Made by a program: the position numbers and the translations under genes | Shown: positions 1 to 12,738 of the stretch, one piece after another | Numbering within the stretch: position 1 is the stretch's first letter | Layout: each line of letters opens with the position of its first letter | NCBI GenBank assembly: GCA_951406725.2 | Contig: OX597832.1 | Span: 56,048,001 to 56,112,000 of the forward strand | DNA: 64,000 nucleotides | Direction of reading: 5' to 3' | Source: Octopus vulgaris | Lineage: Eukaryota | The notes under the pieces: model-generated | Databases searched by the model: none | The model's input: the letters and a program-made list of their open reading frames with translations, nothing else | What the model was told of the DNA's origin: nothing

Positions 1-659
1 CACAACACACAAAGGTTTTATAGAGCAAACTTTGAGAACCGAGGTAAACAGCATCAACAATAAGAAATACATCAACCGAGCGTTTGTAAACGAAGAGAAC
101 AGCATCTTAAAGAGCCGGGATTGAACTTCTCAAGAAACACTCGATTTCAGTTTGAGGTTCTTTGTATCCTAAGAATTGCAGGGTCGATTTAAAGACATGG
201 AAGAAAAATTTTCGGCATGCCAACCAAAGGTTAGCCTTCGCTGTGTTTCTCGAATACGTGTTTATGCTGCCAATATCGAGAGAAATATAGCTTCTCTTGT
301 ATTCGCGGCCGTTAGATCACGTCGTATACTGAATAGAACAGGAAACAACTATAAAATATCTGTTGAACAAAAGAAACAGTCAAGCCCATAAAATACACAA
401 GCTGTGACCGAAAATGTCGATTATATCATGTATCTGTAGATGACATTATATATGTAACCAGTGGCTTCCCTAAAATGTCATGAAGGTATTACCTTTCTTT
501 GTGGTATGACGCATCTGATATTGTTGTTTGGGAGAGATAAATGAGCGGTGTGCTATTGTGGAGTGCAGCTGTTCACCAAGTGAGAATATTAGCTTCAAAA
601 TAAATGACAAAAACGAATAAATGTACTTGACTACGTGACTAAATACTTAAGTATAATAT

Positions 660-870
660 TGATTCCAAATTTTTGGCAAAGGGCCAGCAATTTCAGAGCT
701 TGGAGGCATCTAAATCGATTACATAGATCCCAGTGTTCAACTAGTACTTATTTTATCGACTCCGAAATGATAAAAAGTAAAGTCAACCTCGGCAGAATTT
801 AAACTCACAACACATGAAGACAGACGAAAAGCCGCTAAGCATCTTACCCGGCTCTACCAGCTCGCCGCCT
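660..870 (-). mobile_element. tRNA-derived SINE, family A (head GGCGGCGAGCTGGCAG, core GCCTTTCATCCTTTCGGGGTCGATAAA), diverged copy
   Basis: Matches many other copies in the window. The minus strand has an A-box-like TGGCAGAA and a B-box-like GAGTTCAAATTC; the copy abuts an (AAT)n tract. Confidence 0.85.
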
Positions 871-872
<2 letters not shown>

Positions 873-945
<73 letters not shown>

Positions 946-1018
946 TAACAATAATAACAATAACAATAATAACAATAACAATGATAACAATAACAATAAC
1001 AATAATAATAATAATAAC

Positions 1019-1083
<65 letters not shown>

Positions 1084-1100
1084 TAATAATGATGATGATG

Positions 1101-1185
<85 letters not shown>
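873..1185. repeat. (AAT)n microsatellite with AAC/GAT variants
   Basis: Seen directly; it explains the poly-I/L/Y ORFs. Confidence 0.98.
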
Positions 1186-1187
<2 letters not shown>

Positions 1188-1741
1188 GCCCTGATGCAAT
1201 ACCAGGTAGTGGCTCTCATGGCTGCTGATCTTAACTGATTGGAAGTGTTATCATGTACATTGTTTCGTCTTGGTATAAAAGACAAGCTACAGCAAATATT
1301 CTGCTCAATACCACAGATTTGCTTGTCAGTTGCTTGACCTTAACCAGTTGACAATGTCCCTTAGTGGCTGACGATACGTGCATCTCTGATCACGTTCAGA
1401 AGTAGTGGGGGAGCATCATAGCTATGTATTGAGAGGGATTATTTGGGGTTTGAATAACTCACCTCTGGAAACATGGGTGTTTTGTTCAACATCCTTAAAC
1501 AACCCTTATTCAAGGACCTTTTGAGCGGGATTGGTTTCTCGACCAGAAGAAAATTCTAACTGGGCCTCACCTGCAAGGTCATGTGCAGTTTACCTTGATG
1601 TGAGATCACCATGTCGCGCACATATGGTTGTGATGCATGTGCCTGGTGTACCCTTATCAGACGGGTAGTCATGATGGTTTTACTGGGCTTCGTATATTTT
1701 ACCCCAGTGTCACTTTGATGGCATGCACTGCTCTCTCACTC
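1184..1741 (+). mobile_element. ~560 bp non-coding interspersed repeat embedded in (AAT)n, probably the 3' UTR of an AAT-targeting non-LTR retrotransposon
   Basis: A highly similar second copy at 40678-41137 (minus) shares the 3' end CTCTCTCACTC-AATAAT but has a different 5' truncation. Both copies are flanked by AAT repeats. Confidence 0.75.
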
Positions 1742-1769
1742 AATAATAATAATAATGATAATAATATTG

Positions 1770-2223
1770 ATACGACCACAAACCCGAGGGCATCATCGAA
1801 AATGATGATGGAAAGATCCTGTGGGATTTTATGATTCAATGCGATAGAGAATAGGAAGCCAGACATAGTCTTAATTGAAGGAGAAAGCAGACTATGGTGG
1901 GTCATAGATATAGCATGCCCAGCTGACAACAAGGTATGCGATAAGGAAGAAAGTAGTTGTGATCGATGAAAAAGGCGGTAGTAGTACCAGTAATTGTCGG
2001 AGACCTGGGAACAATGAGTACAAATCTCGAGAAGTACATGGAACAAATAGGGGTTGTAATAATGATGGAGCACTTGCAGAAAATAGCACTGCTTGGAACC
2101 GCTCGAATACTCCGGAAGGTACTCGAAAAATAAGAGGTGTTACCTTAGTTCACTGGTAGTTGACAAGTGACACTGCAGTACATCTCCGGCGTTTGAAGCT
2201 GTGCAAAGCAATGATGATAATAA
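1770..2223 (+). mobile_element. R4/Dong-like non-LTR retrotransposon 3' fragment (restriction-like endonuclease domain, frameshifted)
   Basis: Manual translation across frameshifts: YDHKPEGIIENDDGKILWDFMIQCDR / NRKPDIVLIEGESRLWWVIDIACPADNKVCDKEE / VVPVIVGDLG / HLQKIALLGTARILRKVLEK* (stop 2131-2133). This is a PD..D RLE motif, followed by a short UTR ending in AAT repeats. Confidence 0.85.
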
Positions 2224-2379
2224 TCTTTCCTACTATAGGTACAAGGCCTGGAATTTGGGGGAGGGGCCAGTCGATTAGATCGACCCCAGGACGGTCGGAC
2301 AAGTTGTTATGAGAAAATTTGGTTTAAATGTCTGACAACTCAGCACCGTCGATTGGACGGGGGGCGTTTTGCTCGTATA

Positions 2380-2872
2380 TATACACACACAGACACACAC
2401 ATATATATATACATATATACATATGTACATATTACATATAAATATACGCACATATGTGCATGCATTCATACGAATATACATACCTACATACATACACACA
2501 CATACATACATAGATGCGCTCATATATACATGCATACATATATACATGCACACATACAAACATGTATACAATCATGGACACATGCACACATACATACATG
2601 GGCATTTGCACGCATAGATAGATACATACATACATACATACATACATACATGCATACATACATACATGCATACATACATACATACATACATACATGCATG
2701 CATACATACATACATACATACATACATACATGCATACATACATACATACGTACGTACATACATACATACATACATACGTACGTACTTACATACATACATG
2801 CATACATACATACATACATACATACATACATACATTCATACATACGCACGTAAGTACGTACGTACGTACATA
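2380..2872. repeat. (CATA)n/(CA)n compound microsatellite
   Basis: Seen directly. Confidence 0.97.
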
Positions 2873-3097
2873 AAAACTAAAATTCTCTAAGAATAACTCA
2901 TGTTCTTCAGTCGGAGATTTTTTTAGCATTGGTTTAATGGCATGGAATTGGAGTTAAATTGCAGTTTTATTAACCTCTTCACAGACACTTGGAAAAGTGC
3001 TGCTTTCACTGAAAATTCCAGCAGTGGAATTGGGCTGAAAGAATTTACTAGTGACAAATGGAAAGGGAGTAAAAATCATTAACATAGCATACCACTT

Positions 3098-3252
3098 AGA
3101 TAGATAGATAGACAGATAGATAGACAGATAGATAGGTAGGTAGGTAGGTAGGTAGGTAGGTAGGTAGGTAGGTAGGTAGGTAGGTAGGTAGGTAGGTAGG
3201 TAGGTAGGTCGGTAAGGTAGGTAGGTAAGTAGGTAGATAGATAGATAGAAAA

Positions 3253-3284
<32 letters not shown>

Positions 3285-3430
3285 GGATAGACAGACAAAC
3301 AGGTATAAACACACACACACATATATATATATATAGAGAGAGAGAGAGGGGGAGGGAGAGAGAGACAGACAGACAGGTACACAGACAGAGAGACAGACAA
3401 ACTGACAGACAGACAGACAGACAGATAGAC

Positions 3431-3481
<51 letters not shown>
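3098..3481. repeat. compound (TAGA)n/(TAGG)n/(GA)n/(CAGA)n microsatellite
   Basis: Seen directly. Confidence 0.97.
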
Positions 3482-3482
<1 letters not shown>

Positions 3483-3520
3483 TGGTAAAACCACAGCAAA
3501 AACGTAGACCAAGAACTAAC

Positions 3521-3653
3521 TGCTGCTGTGTCGTGAGGTTTTTCTTGCCATACACCAATCCAAACTTGTCGCCTTCTCGGAATGCGGGTTTCCTTTTCCT
3601 CGCCCCGAATACGTCATCCACCCTCTGACATTCATTCACTCACACACGTCCGT
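3521..3653 (-). other. candidate spliced exon (133 nt) of an unidentified transcript
   Basis: Unique-sequence island between microsatellites, with minus-strand acceptor tttctcctgacattcctAG| and donor |GTTAGT. No recognisable protein. Confidence 0.3.
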
Positions 3654-3670
3654 CTAGGAATGTCAGGAGA

Positions 3671-3704
3671 AACAACAACAACAACAACAAGAATAATAGT
3701 AGCA

Positions 3705-3777
<73 letters not shown>

Positions 3778-3829
3778 CAACAACAACAACAATAATAATA
3801 ATAATAACAATAATAATAATAATAATAAC

Positions 3830-3883
<54 letters not shown>

Positions 3884-3913
3884 AATATTAAGAATAATAA
3901 CAACAACAACAAC

Positions 3914-3975
<62 letters not shown>

Positions 3976-3980
3976 TAATG

Positions 3981-4041
<61 letters not shown>

Positions 4042-4046
4042 TGATA
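3671..4046. repeat. (AAT)n/(AAC)n microsatellite
   Basis: Seen directly. Confidence 0.98.
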
Positions 4047-4309
4047 AAGATAAAAATCAGGGTGGGTATTTATTTGTTTAACTTTATTTTTGTTTTCCTT
4101 AAGTGGGTGTGGAAAGAGCCAAGTAAAATAATATAAACAATTATTCAGAAGTTTGTTATTTATCGGGGTAAAGAGCACTTTAACGCTGCAAACTCTCACC
4201 GCTTGTGACAGCGGTGTGAACGAAGAGGCTGAAAAGGGGGTGGAAACTGGTTACATTAATTGATTGATACAGTTCGACCCAATGAAGTTTATGCAAGTAA
4301 CGATATTTT

Positions 4310-5082
4310 CATATTGGTTTCAGCAATTTCTGGGTAGTGGGGTAAGTCAATTACATTGACCCCCAGCGCTCAGCTGGTACGTATTTTATTGTCCTCGAAA
4401 GGAAGCCTAAATAATGATTTTAGATTTTAGCACGAGGCCAGCAATTCCGGGGAAAGGGATAAGCCGATTATATTGACCCCAACATTCAACTGGTACTCAT
4501 TATTTAGGCCTCGAAAAGATAAGAACAAAGTCGACCTCAGTGGAATTTGAACTCAGAGTGTAAAGACGGACGAAATGAAAATGTCGCTAAGCTTTTTGAC
4601 TGTTGTGCTAACGATTCTTATTTTTTATTGCCCACAAAGGGTTAAACATAGAGGAGACAAACAAGGACAGACGAAGGGATTAAGTTGATTACATCAACCC
4701 CAGTGCGTAGCTGGTACTTAATTTATCGACTCCGAATGGATAAAATGCAAAGTCGACCTCGCCTGAATTTGAACTCAGATCGTAACGCCAGAAGAAATAT
4801 CGCCAATATTTCACCCGGCGCGCTAACGTTTCCGCCAGCTCACCGCCTTTGATGCTATCATAATAAACTTTTCTCCTATAGGTAACAAAACATGAAATTT
4901 TGGAGCAGGGGGTTAATCGATATCATCGACCCCAGTACTCAACTAGTACTTTATTTTATCGACACCGGAAGGATAAAAGACAAAGTCAACCTCAGCAGAA
5001 TTTAAGCTCAGAACGTAGAGACGGACGAAATGTCTCTAAGCATTTTGTCCGGTATTCAAACGATTTCGCCAGCTCGCCGCTT
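4310..5082 (-). mobile_element. cluster of four family-A SINE copies or fragments, head to tail
   Basis: Repeated GACCCCAG..CTGGTACTTA..AAAGTCGACCTC..GAACTCAG motifs near 4360, 4480, 4700 and 4930. Confidence 0.85.
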
Positions 5083-5119
5083 TAAACGATTTCGTGTATT
5101 GGAATTGTGGGAGCGGAAC

Positions 5120-5533
5120 TATTCTATACTCTTTTACTTGTTTCAGTCATTTGACTGTAGCCTTGATAGTGCATCGCCTTTAGTGGAGCAAATCGACCCC
5201 AGGACTTATTCTTTGTAAGCCTAGTACTTATTCAATCGGTCTCTTTGCCGAACCGCTAAGTTACGTGGACGTAAACACACCGGCATCGGTTGTCAAGCGA
5301 TGTTGGAGGGACAAACACAGACACAGAAACATATACACACATACATACATATATGTATATACATATATATGACAGGCTTCTTTCAGTTTCCGTCTACCAA
5401 ATACACTCACAAGGCTTTGGTCGGCCCGAGGATATAGTAGAAGACACTTGCTCAAGGTGCCGCGCAGTGGGACTGAACCCGGAACCATGTGGTTCGTAAT
5501 CAAGCTACTTACCACACAGTCACTCCTACGCCT
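5120..5533 (-). mobile_element. tRNA-derived SINE, family B (head AGGCGCAGGAGTGGCTGTGTGGTAAG, internal microsatellite)
   Basis: A/B-box-like head (GGTTCAGTCCC) and a CCTTG(G/A)GCAAGTG central motif. Similar copies lie at 41660-41965, 42240-42685 and 34540-34710. Confidence 0.85.
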
Positions 5534-6099
5534 ATGTATATTGTTGAAAAAGTGAAGTCAACACGAGTTTTGAACTCGGAATTTTAAATAACTAAACGCT
5601 TAAGCACTCTTGAATTTAGCGTTCTAACCGTTCTGCCAACTATTGAGCTGAAAATGATAAACGATTTATAAAAACACAAGGCTGGATGAAAACCAATGCC
5701 TTCGACGGGGTTTGCAATCAGGACCTACCTAAATACCGCAAGGTATACTGCGATCCGTAGATTTTACCAATAAAATGATTCACTATTATAATTATAAGTA
5801 TTATTTTTGACATTGGCCTGCTCGCGTAGCCAACGGGGTGGCATCATTCGAAAGCTAAAAACGATGCAAAGCACATTGTGACCAGCGATGTATAACAATA
5901 TCCGATAGTCTGGTCGATCACGTGATTTTTAACATAAGCTCAATGACTGAAATTCTTCAACCATTTTAGAATCTTTGTTCTTTACCAGTGAGAACAGGAT
6001 GTTGTTTACGTCTTAAGAATTTAGAAACTTAGAGAGGCGTGAAATAATTCATTTTTAACGGTGGATCTCGAAGTAAATAAAACTATAAAAAATAGCATC

Positions 6100-6312
6100 C
6101 ATTCTTTACTGTCCACAAAGGGCTAAACATAGAGCGGACAAACAAGGACAGACATAGGTATTAAGTCGATTACATCGACCCAAGTGCGTAGCTGGTACTT
6201 AATTTATCGACCCCGAAAGGATGAAAGGCAAAGTCAACCTCCGCGGAATTTGAACTCAGAACGTAACGACAGACGAAATACCGCTAAGCATTTCGCCCGG
6301 TGCGCTAACGTT
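6100..6312 (-). mobile_element. family-A SINE with alternative tail (…GTCCTTGTTTGTCC…TTTAGCCC..GTGG..GTAAAGAA)
   Basis: Matches the copies at 9920-10153 and 23788-24020. Confidence 0.85.
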
Positions 6313-6718
6313 TTACAAATCCGATCTACATGAGACAGAAGAATCAACAGCATTCGCGATACAGAACCTGGCCATTGCCACTATATTTATTGAAAAGAAT
6401 ATTTCTACAACACCTAACACTATGAAAATCATCTGTCGTCAATTCTAGAGTATTTCTTAAAACGTTGTCCCACATTGAATATTTAAGGCCAGCTCCGACA
6501 AAATATTCAAATGTACGATAAAAAATAATCCAAGAGTTCGTAGAAAATGTGCTTTCTGTAGACCAAAATGTTTTTATCGGAAAGCCATTTTGTGTTAATA
6601 ATAACGCCTTTTTTCCGATCTCTTGATTATTTTCCATCATATTTTTGATAAAGGGAAGCTTTCTTGAAATATAAACGAAGCATTAAATAACCAATATCCT
6701 AACAAGACTAGAATTTGT

Positions 6719-6806
6719 GCGTGCGTGCGCGAGCGTGCATGCGTGCGTGCGCGAGCGTGCATGCGTGCGTGCGCGAGCGTGCATGCGTGCGTGCGCGAGC
6801 GTGCAT
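6719..6806. repeat. 22-bp minisatellite GCGTGCGTGCGCGAGCGTGCAT x4
   Basis: Four exact units seen. Confidence 0.9.
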
Positions 6807-6868
6807 GCGTGTGTGTGTTTGTGTGTATACACATACGCACACACACATATATATACACACATATATAC

Positions 6869-6921
<53 letters not shown>

Positions 6922-8199
6922 GTATACACACACACACACACACACACACACAATTAAGTAAACAAATAGAGAGTGTGTTGTGATACATAGATATTTCAAG
7001 GGTTGAATAGAAAGATTTGACGAAAACATAATAGAAAATTAACAAAAACAAACGGAAAAATGGACAAAAAATATAATACACGGAAATTTCGCAGCTGACT
7101 CCTCATCAGTCAATATCCAAGACAGCGTAGTGGTTTCGCGCTTTAAACATTGATACCACTCCGTTTTTGGTAGCGCCAGAGCAAGAAGCATCTGAGAATA
7201 GCTAACGAATTATACAAGGACAAAAACAACCAAGACAAGCTAAAAATATAACAGTTGTACGATATATATATATACTTAACCAAGCGATTTCACTAGCTTC
7301 GAGCAAAAGGCCTGTGGTCCTTATATGAAATACCACCTATCTTAGAAAATGAGCGTGTGAAATGATGGCTTGCGTATTTATTCTAATATGTTCTGGCAGA
7401 TTCCGACGCAAATTTGTTAATCGCTGGTATGTTCTGTCAAAGGAGAACACTTTTTACTTTACAACTACTACGTGTTCATGACATAATTCATTAGTGCAAG
7501 GGATTCTGAGTCACCGGTGTTTCGGCATGATATGCCTGTTCAGCCGGATGTGCCCATGGGCTAACGAATGTAACAAGAACCGATGATCTTGCTTATAATT
7601 TCAGCGTAAAAACTGTTCGTTGATCCGTGCTGCTATCCACCAACCGGTGAACAGTGAGAATCGAAACAATGACTTGTAGATACGAACAAACAACGGGTGT
7701 TTAGCATACAAGAGCGATTGCCAGATAACACATACGCTTGACATCGTTTTTCATGACAAACATGATAATATCGTACTAATTAACTAATTAACAATTCCAA
7801 GTAATTATATTGTTGCTCAGAAGCGATGTGAACGTGCAAAGAATTATTACAGTGACTTAATTGAATTAAAAAATACGGTTGTTTGAAAGTATGTTTATCT
7901 TCTCGCTTATAATTGGTACAAATGTTGACGTGCACAACCATTTCGATAAAGATGTCCGTAAATTTTTACGGGCGCATATTCCAGTAGAAAAAAAAACAAG
8001 CTATAAGTATTTTGTATTCGTATGTTAATATAGAAAACTCCTACTCAGACAATTCTCTTAACCGTCGGTTTTTTCACACTTCGCTGCGTATTGACTCATA
8101 TTCTTGAATTTATTTCTACAAACGAAATTTTATGCATGAATAAATTGAATACGAGGAGCTATGCCTGAAATAAATCAAATTCGTGTCTCTGGTTATATA

Positions 8200-8408
8200 C
8201 AAGGTGTCCATAAATTACCTTTACATTCTAAAAATTCAAAAAAAGAGATGAAAAAATCGGGTAACCCGAGTTTATTGGAAAACAAGCAAACAAATTAAAA
8301 TCTTAATAATATATATTTGATATGTAAAGAAGTTTATTGATGGATCTCAGTTTAAATAATATATACAATAAATTGTGGTAGTTGTAAAGATAATTTATGG
8401 ACACCCTC
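8200..8408. mobile_element. Tc1/mariner-type MITE
   Basis: Imperfect TIRs CAAGGTGTCCATAAATTACCTTTACA and TGTAAAGATAATTTATGGACACCCTC, with TA on both sides. Confidence 0.8.
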
Positions 8409-8555
8409 TAGATTATGTATTTTTTAAATCAAATGCAAAAATGTTAAATGATATATTTTCAAGTAGACTTTCAAGTAATTCAGGTGTAAATTATGCAGAA
8501 TATGTAAGGTGACGTCAATGCATGAGAGACAAACTATTGTATCACTCTACTTTAC

Positions 8556-8780
8556 TTATTAAATGTTTCTGTTATATTTCGGGAAAGCTTCCCTTTATCA
8601 AATGTACGATAAAAAATAATTCAAGAATACGTAGAAAAGGTGCTTTCGACCGACCAGAATTTTTTAACGGCCAGCCATTTTATGTCAATAATAACACTTT
8701 TTCTCCGATCTGTTGATTATTTTCTCTCATATATTTGATAATGAGAAACTTTTCTAAAATATAAACGAAGCATTAGATAA
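8556..8780. mobile_element. fold-back (imperfect palindromic) repeat, MITE-like; partial second copy at about 6505-6690
   Basis: The left ~85 nt is the imperfect reverse complement of the right ~85 nt, and the element aligns as a direct repeat to 6505-6690. Confidence 0.65.
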
Positions 8781-9164
8781 ACAGTGTGAGGTGACATGAT
8801 GTCTTTATTATTTTTTATTGACATCACCTTAAATCTATCGTCTAACTGCTTATCTGCATTGCTTAAAGGTTTTCTTTAAAATATTCATATCATTTACACA
8901 TCACAACGTTTCATGTAAATTACAGTACACTTACATATCTTTTTTTTTTTACAAATAGTAAAACAAGGGAGAATAAATGAGTTTGTATAACTTGGTTTGT
9001 ATAACTCATAAAGTTCATAGATTGACTTGCGATGCAGACCTCCACCAGTTGGCTTTCGAATCCAAGGCGAAATAAACATCAGAGATGCTTTACCTCATGT
9101 AGGAAATACATGAGCTACTCAGAGGTTTTGCAAGCTCTTCTCAATCCATTGCAATGCTAGAAGT

Positions 9165-9915
9165 CCTTCCGTATCGTCAGCAGGTATCTCAGGGTCACAA
9201 GCGTTTCGCCCCTTAGCCTGTATGTTTGTTCCTTCTCGAGCCATGCCTGGCTCATAAGGGCCGGTTTCCCTGTTTCTTTGGCGTATAGGTTCCCCACTTG
9301 GACGGGACGCCGGTCCGTCGCAGGTGAGCTGTAAGATGCAGGAGGAAAGAGTGAGAGAAAGTTGTGGTGAGAGAGTCAGCAGAGGTTCGCCATTACCTTC
9401 TGCCGGAGCCGCGTGGAGCTTAGGTGTTTCGCTCATAAACACACACATCGCCTGGTCTGAGATTCGAACCCGCGATCCCTCGACCGCGAGTCCGCTGCTC
9501 TAACCACTAGGCCATGTGCTTTCACTTAGCCTGTATGCTTCACCTGAGTGGGGCAGCGAGGACTGAGCCAGTCTTCACCTACAAAAGGTTTCTACTTGCG
9601 GTCGCTTATCAACAACCATAGCCATTTTGAGCTAGTTTCAGCTGCCATGCCTATTTCTTTGATGGTTTTCTTCAGTTATCTAGTTTTCAGGCCTATTTTC
9701 TGCAAGAAATAGCGCACTGAGCTAGATGGAAAACCCACGGCAGCCGACTTCAAAGGGGAATGAGGCTGCATGCCAGCCCTTGACAAAGGCCTCGTCGATT
9801 AAGTCCTGATATTTCGTTTTCTGTACCTGGTAGGAAATATACACCTCGTCCTCCCAGGGCACTGTGAGTTCGACCACGATTATTGTTTTTGTATTCCTGG
9901 AGAGAAGGACCATAT
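9165..9915 (-). mobile_element. HERO-like (R2 group) non-LTR retrotransposon 3' fragment, RLE domain plus 3' UTR, interrupted by a SINE
   Basis: MVLLSRNTKTIIVVELTVPWEDEV..KTKYQDLIDEAFVKGW..FPFEVGCRGF / SVRYFLQKIG..AAETSSKWLW. The ELTVPWE and EVGCRGF motifs are typical of this RLE clade; stops and a frameshift are present. Confidence 0.8.
9225..9525 (-). mobile_element. full-length tRNA-derived SINE, family C, with 12-bp target site duplication
   Basis: Head TGGCCTAGTGGTTAGAGCAGCGGACTCGCGG..GGTTCGAATC. TSD TTAGCCTGTATG at 9213-9224 and 9526-9537. Confidence 0.92.
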
Positions 9916-9919
9916 ATAC

Positions 9920-10153
9920 ATATTTCTTTACTACCCAGAAGGGGCAAAACACAGAGAGGACAAACAAGGACAGACAAACGGATTAAGTCGATCATATCAA
10001 CCCCAGTGCGTAACTGGTACTTATTTAATCGACCCCGAAAGGATGAAAGGCAAAGTCGACCTCGGCGGAATTTGAACTCAGAACGTAACGGCAGATGAAA
10101 TACGGCTACGCATTTCGCCCGGCGTGCTAACGTTTCTGCCAGCTCGCCGCCTT
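9920..10153 (-). mobile_element. full-length family-A SINE
   Basis: Complete from head to tail and close to the in-window consensus. Confidence 0.9.
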
Positions 10154-10902
10154 ATATATACCATATATTTACCATATATTCTATTTCAAACAGTGTGTTG
10201 AGAACTAGATATATGTGTGTCTATGATGACATCTAATCGTTTTTCTTTTGATTTGAAATAGTTTGAGAGAGATTTAGCTGCCATGTCTAGCCGAACTATC
10301 GAACTATCGCATAGACTTTGTTAGCTTCAAGCTATTGTTAGTAATGCGGTGGTTTTGGTTATTGTTAGTAATATGTTTGTTTGGTGACTGTTTGTAGTTT
10401 AGCGGTTTTGATACTAATAAAAATGTCGGTGTGTTTAGTTGCTTTACACAAAAAAAAAGAAACATAAAATAAAATAAAAACAACATTCCTGGGTGTATAT
10501 TGATATAACCGATCAATGATTCCAGATATTCAGTCAACCGGAATGGACATTTCATGGCTTATTAACCAGACCAGAAACAAAGCAAAGCAAAAAGAACAAG
10601 AAAAAAAATCTCAGAACACAGCACTAAGATGACTATTAATGTAAAAGTTAAATTGTTCAAAAGTAATTCTCTTGCTCACAGCGCTCGGATTGAATGCCAC
10701 CACTTCTCGTGGAATACGAATTTTGTTAAAGTGAGTCAATGGCGGAAGTCGTCTCAATGCAATGGTTGCTATACTGCGTCAAGCGTTTAGAACGATAGAA
10801 ATAAATACTTATGACGTCATAAGTGGTGGAAATTGCACACGTCATTTATGATTTAGAAAACAGCGTCATATATGTGTTTGTGTGTGTGTGTATGTGTGTG
10901 TA

Positions 10903-10942
<40 letters not shown>

Positions 10943-11101
10943 CATATATATATGCATGCATATAGATAAAGAGGTATATATATATATATATGCAGATAGA
11001 TAGACAGATAGATAGACAAGCAGACAGGCAGACAGGCAGACAGGCAGGCAGACAGACAGACAGACAGGCAGATAGATAGATAGACAGATAGATAGACAGA
11101 C

Positions 11102-11192
<91 letters not shown>

Positions 11193-11203
11193 CAGATAGA
11201 TAG

Positions 11204-11872
11204 ATGTTCTTCTCAGAAGAGAACTTTGTCCAAAGTGAAAAAGTGAATAGGCGGAATAACAGACGGCTCCGCGCCAGTGCCACTGAACTCCCCACAGTCA
11301 TGCACACCAAGTTCTCATCATCTGTGATGGTCTTGGTGGTCGCGAGCAGTGGTGGCCATGGCATGCCTTCTCACTTTTCCCCCGCAAGGTCTAGAGGGGT
11401 TAATATTGCAGCCTACATTGAGACAGTGGAGACGGTTATCGAACCCTGGTACGAAAGAGTTGCTCGGTAGAGGTCGTACGCGTCCCAACATGACTCTGCT
11501 CCCAGTCATACAGCCTCTATGACCCAGATGCGATCGCGTTATCCTTAACATTTGGCCACCGCCCTATCCTCATTTAAAACCCCGCCAGACTACTACGTCT
11601 GGGCCGTCATTCAGAGGGAGACCAACAAGGATTCGTTGATGTCTGCTATTGGAGACACAATGGTCAACATCAATATAGATAACCTGATCAATGCTTTTAG
11701 CCGTTTTAGACGTCATATCGAAGAAGTGATCGTAGCTGATGGTAGTTTAATTGAATAGCCTTTTGTTGTGTGCTTGTAAGAACATGTGTACCAATTTTTA
11801 TAAAAATATATTGGTTTCTTTGATAAATAAATTTGCTTTGCTTGAATCAAAATTGAATCAAAATGCACCCTG
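11204..11872 (+). mobile_element. Tc1/mariner superfamily (maT/DD37D-like) transposase 3' fragment, pseudogenised, with right end
   Basis: [75 protein letters not shown]. The fragment ends in CACCCTG-TA. Confidence 0.8.
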
Positions 11873-11913
11873 TACGTATATGTGTGTGTGTGTGTGTGTG
11901 TGTACATACATAC

Positions 11914-12024
<111 letters not shown>

Positions 12025-12135
12025 TAGATAGATACAAATGCACACACATACACAACACACACACACACACATATATATATGTATGTATGTATATATATAC
12101 AAACATACATATTTACATATATATATGTATATACG

Positions 12136-12166
<31 letters not shown>

Positions 12167-12199
12167 GCATATGTATATGTATATATATATACGTATATA

Positions 12200-12245
<46 letters not shown>

Positions 12246-12248
12246 TAG

Positions 12249-12282
<34 letters not shown>

Positions 12283-12738
12283 ATAATGTATGTACGTATG
12301 CATGTATGTACGTATGCATGTATGTATGTATGTATGTATGTATGTGTGTGTGTGTGTATGTATGTATAGAACACATTATTATAGCTTAACTAAGTAGAGA
12401 TTTTGGATTTAGTCGGATTCTCTATTCTTTACTGACTGAAAAACAATAAGATGCATTAGCGTAGGAGTTTGCAGAGATGACGGGACGTGCCGTATCCCAT
12501 TACATAATTGTACACGACAAAGACAAATTCAGGTAAGTACTACTTAGTATCTTGTTGTTTTTTTTTTACATAAAACTGCAATAAATACAAACCTGAAAAT
12601 AGTAAATTACCTCGAGGCAACATTAAATCCAAACAGAGTGAAACATTATTTTTACATTAAACGCAACAAAGAAGCGATATATATATATATATATATATAT
12701 GATCACCCTGTCCGTTAAAGACAATATTAACAGATGGA

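Noticed and set aside
176-391. 71-aa ORF at the window start
   Set aside because: No recognisable motif and too short to call.
9450-9525. tRNA genes at SINE heads
   Set aside because: A and B boxes are present but continue into SINE bodies, with no convincing acceptor stem.
12470-12540. Consensus splice donor CAG|GTAAGT after a short ORF
   Set aside because: An isolated motif expected by chance, with no good acceptor or homology.
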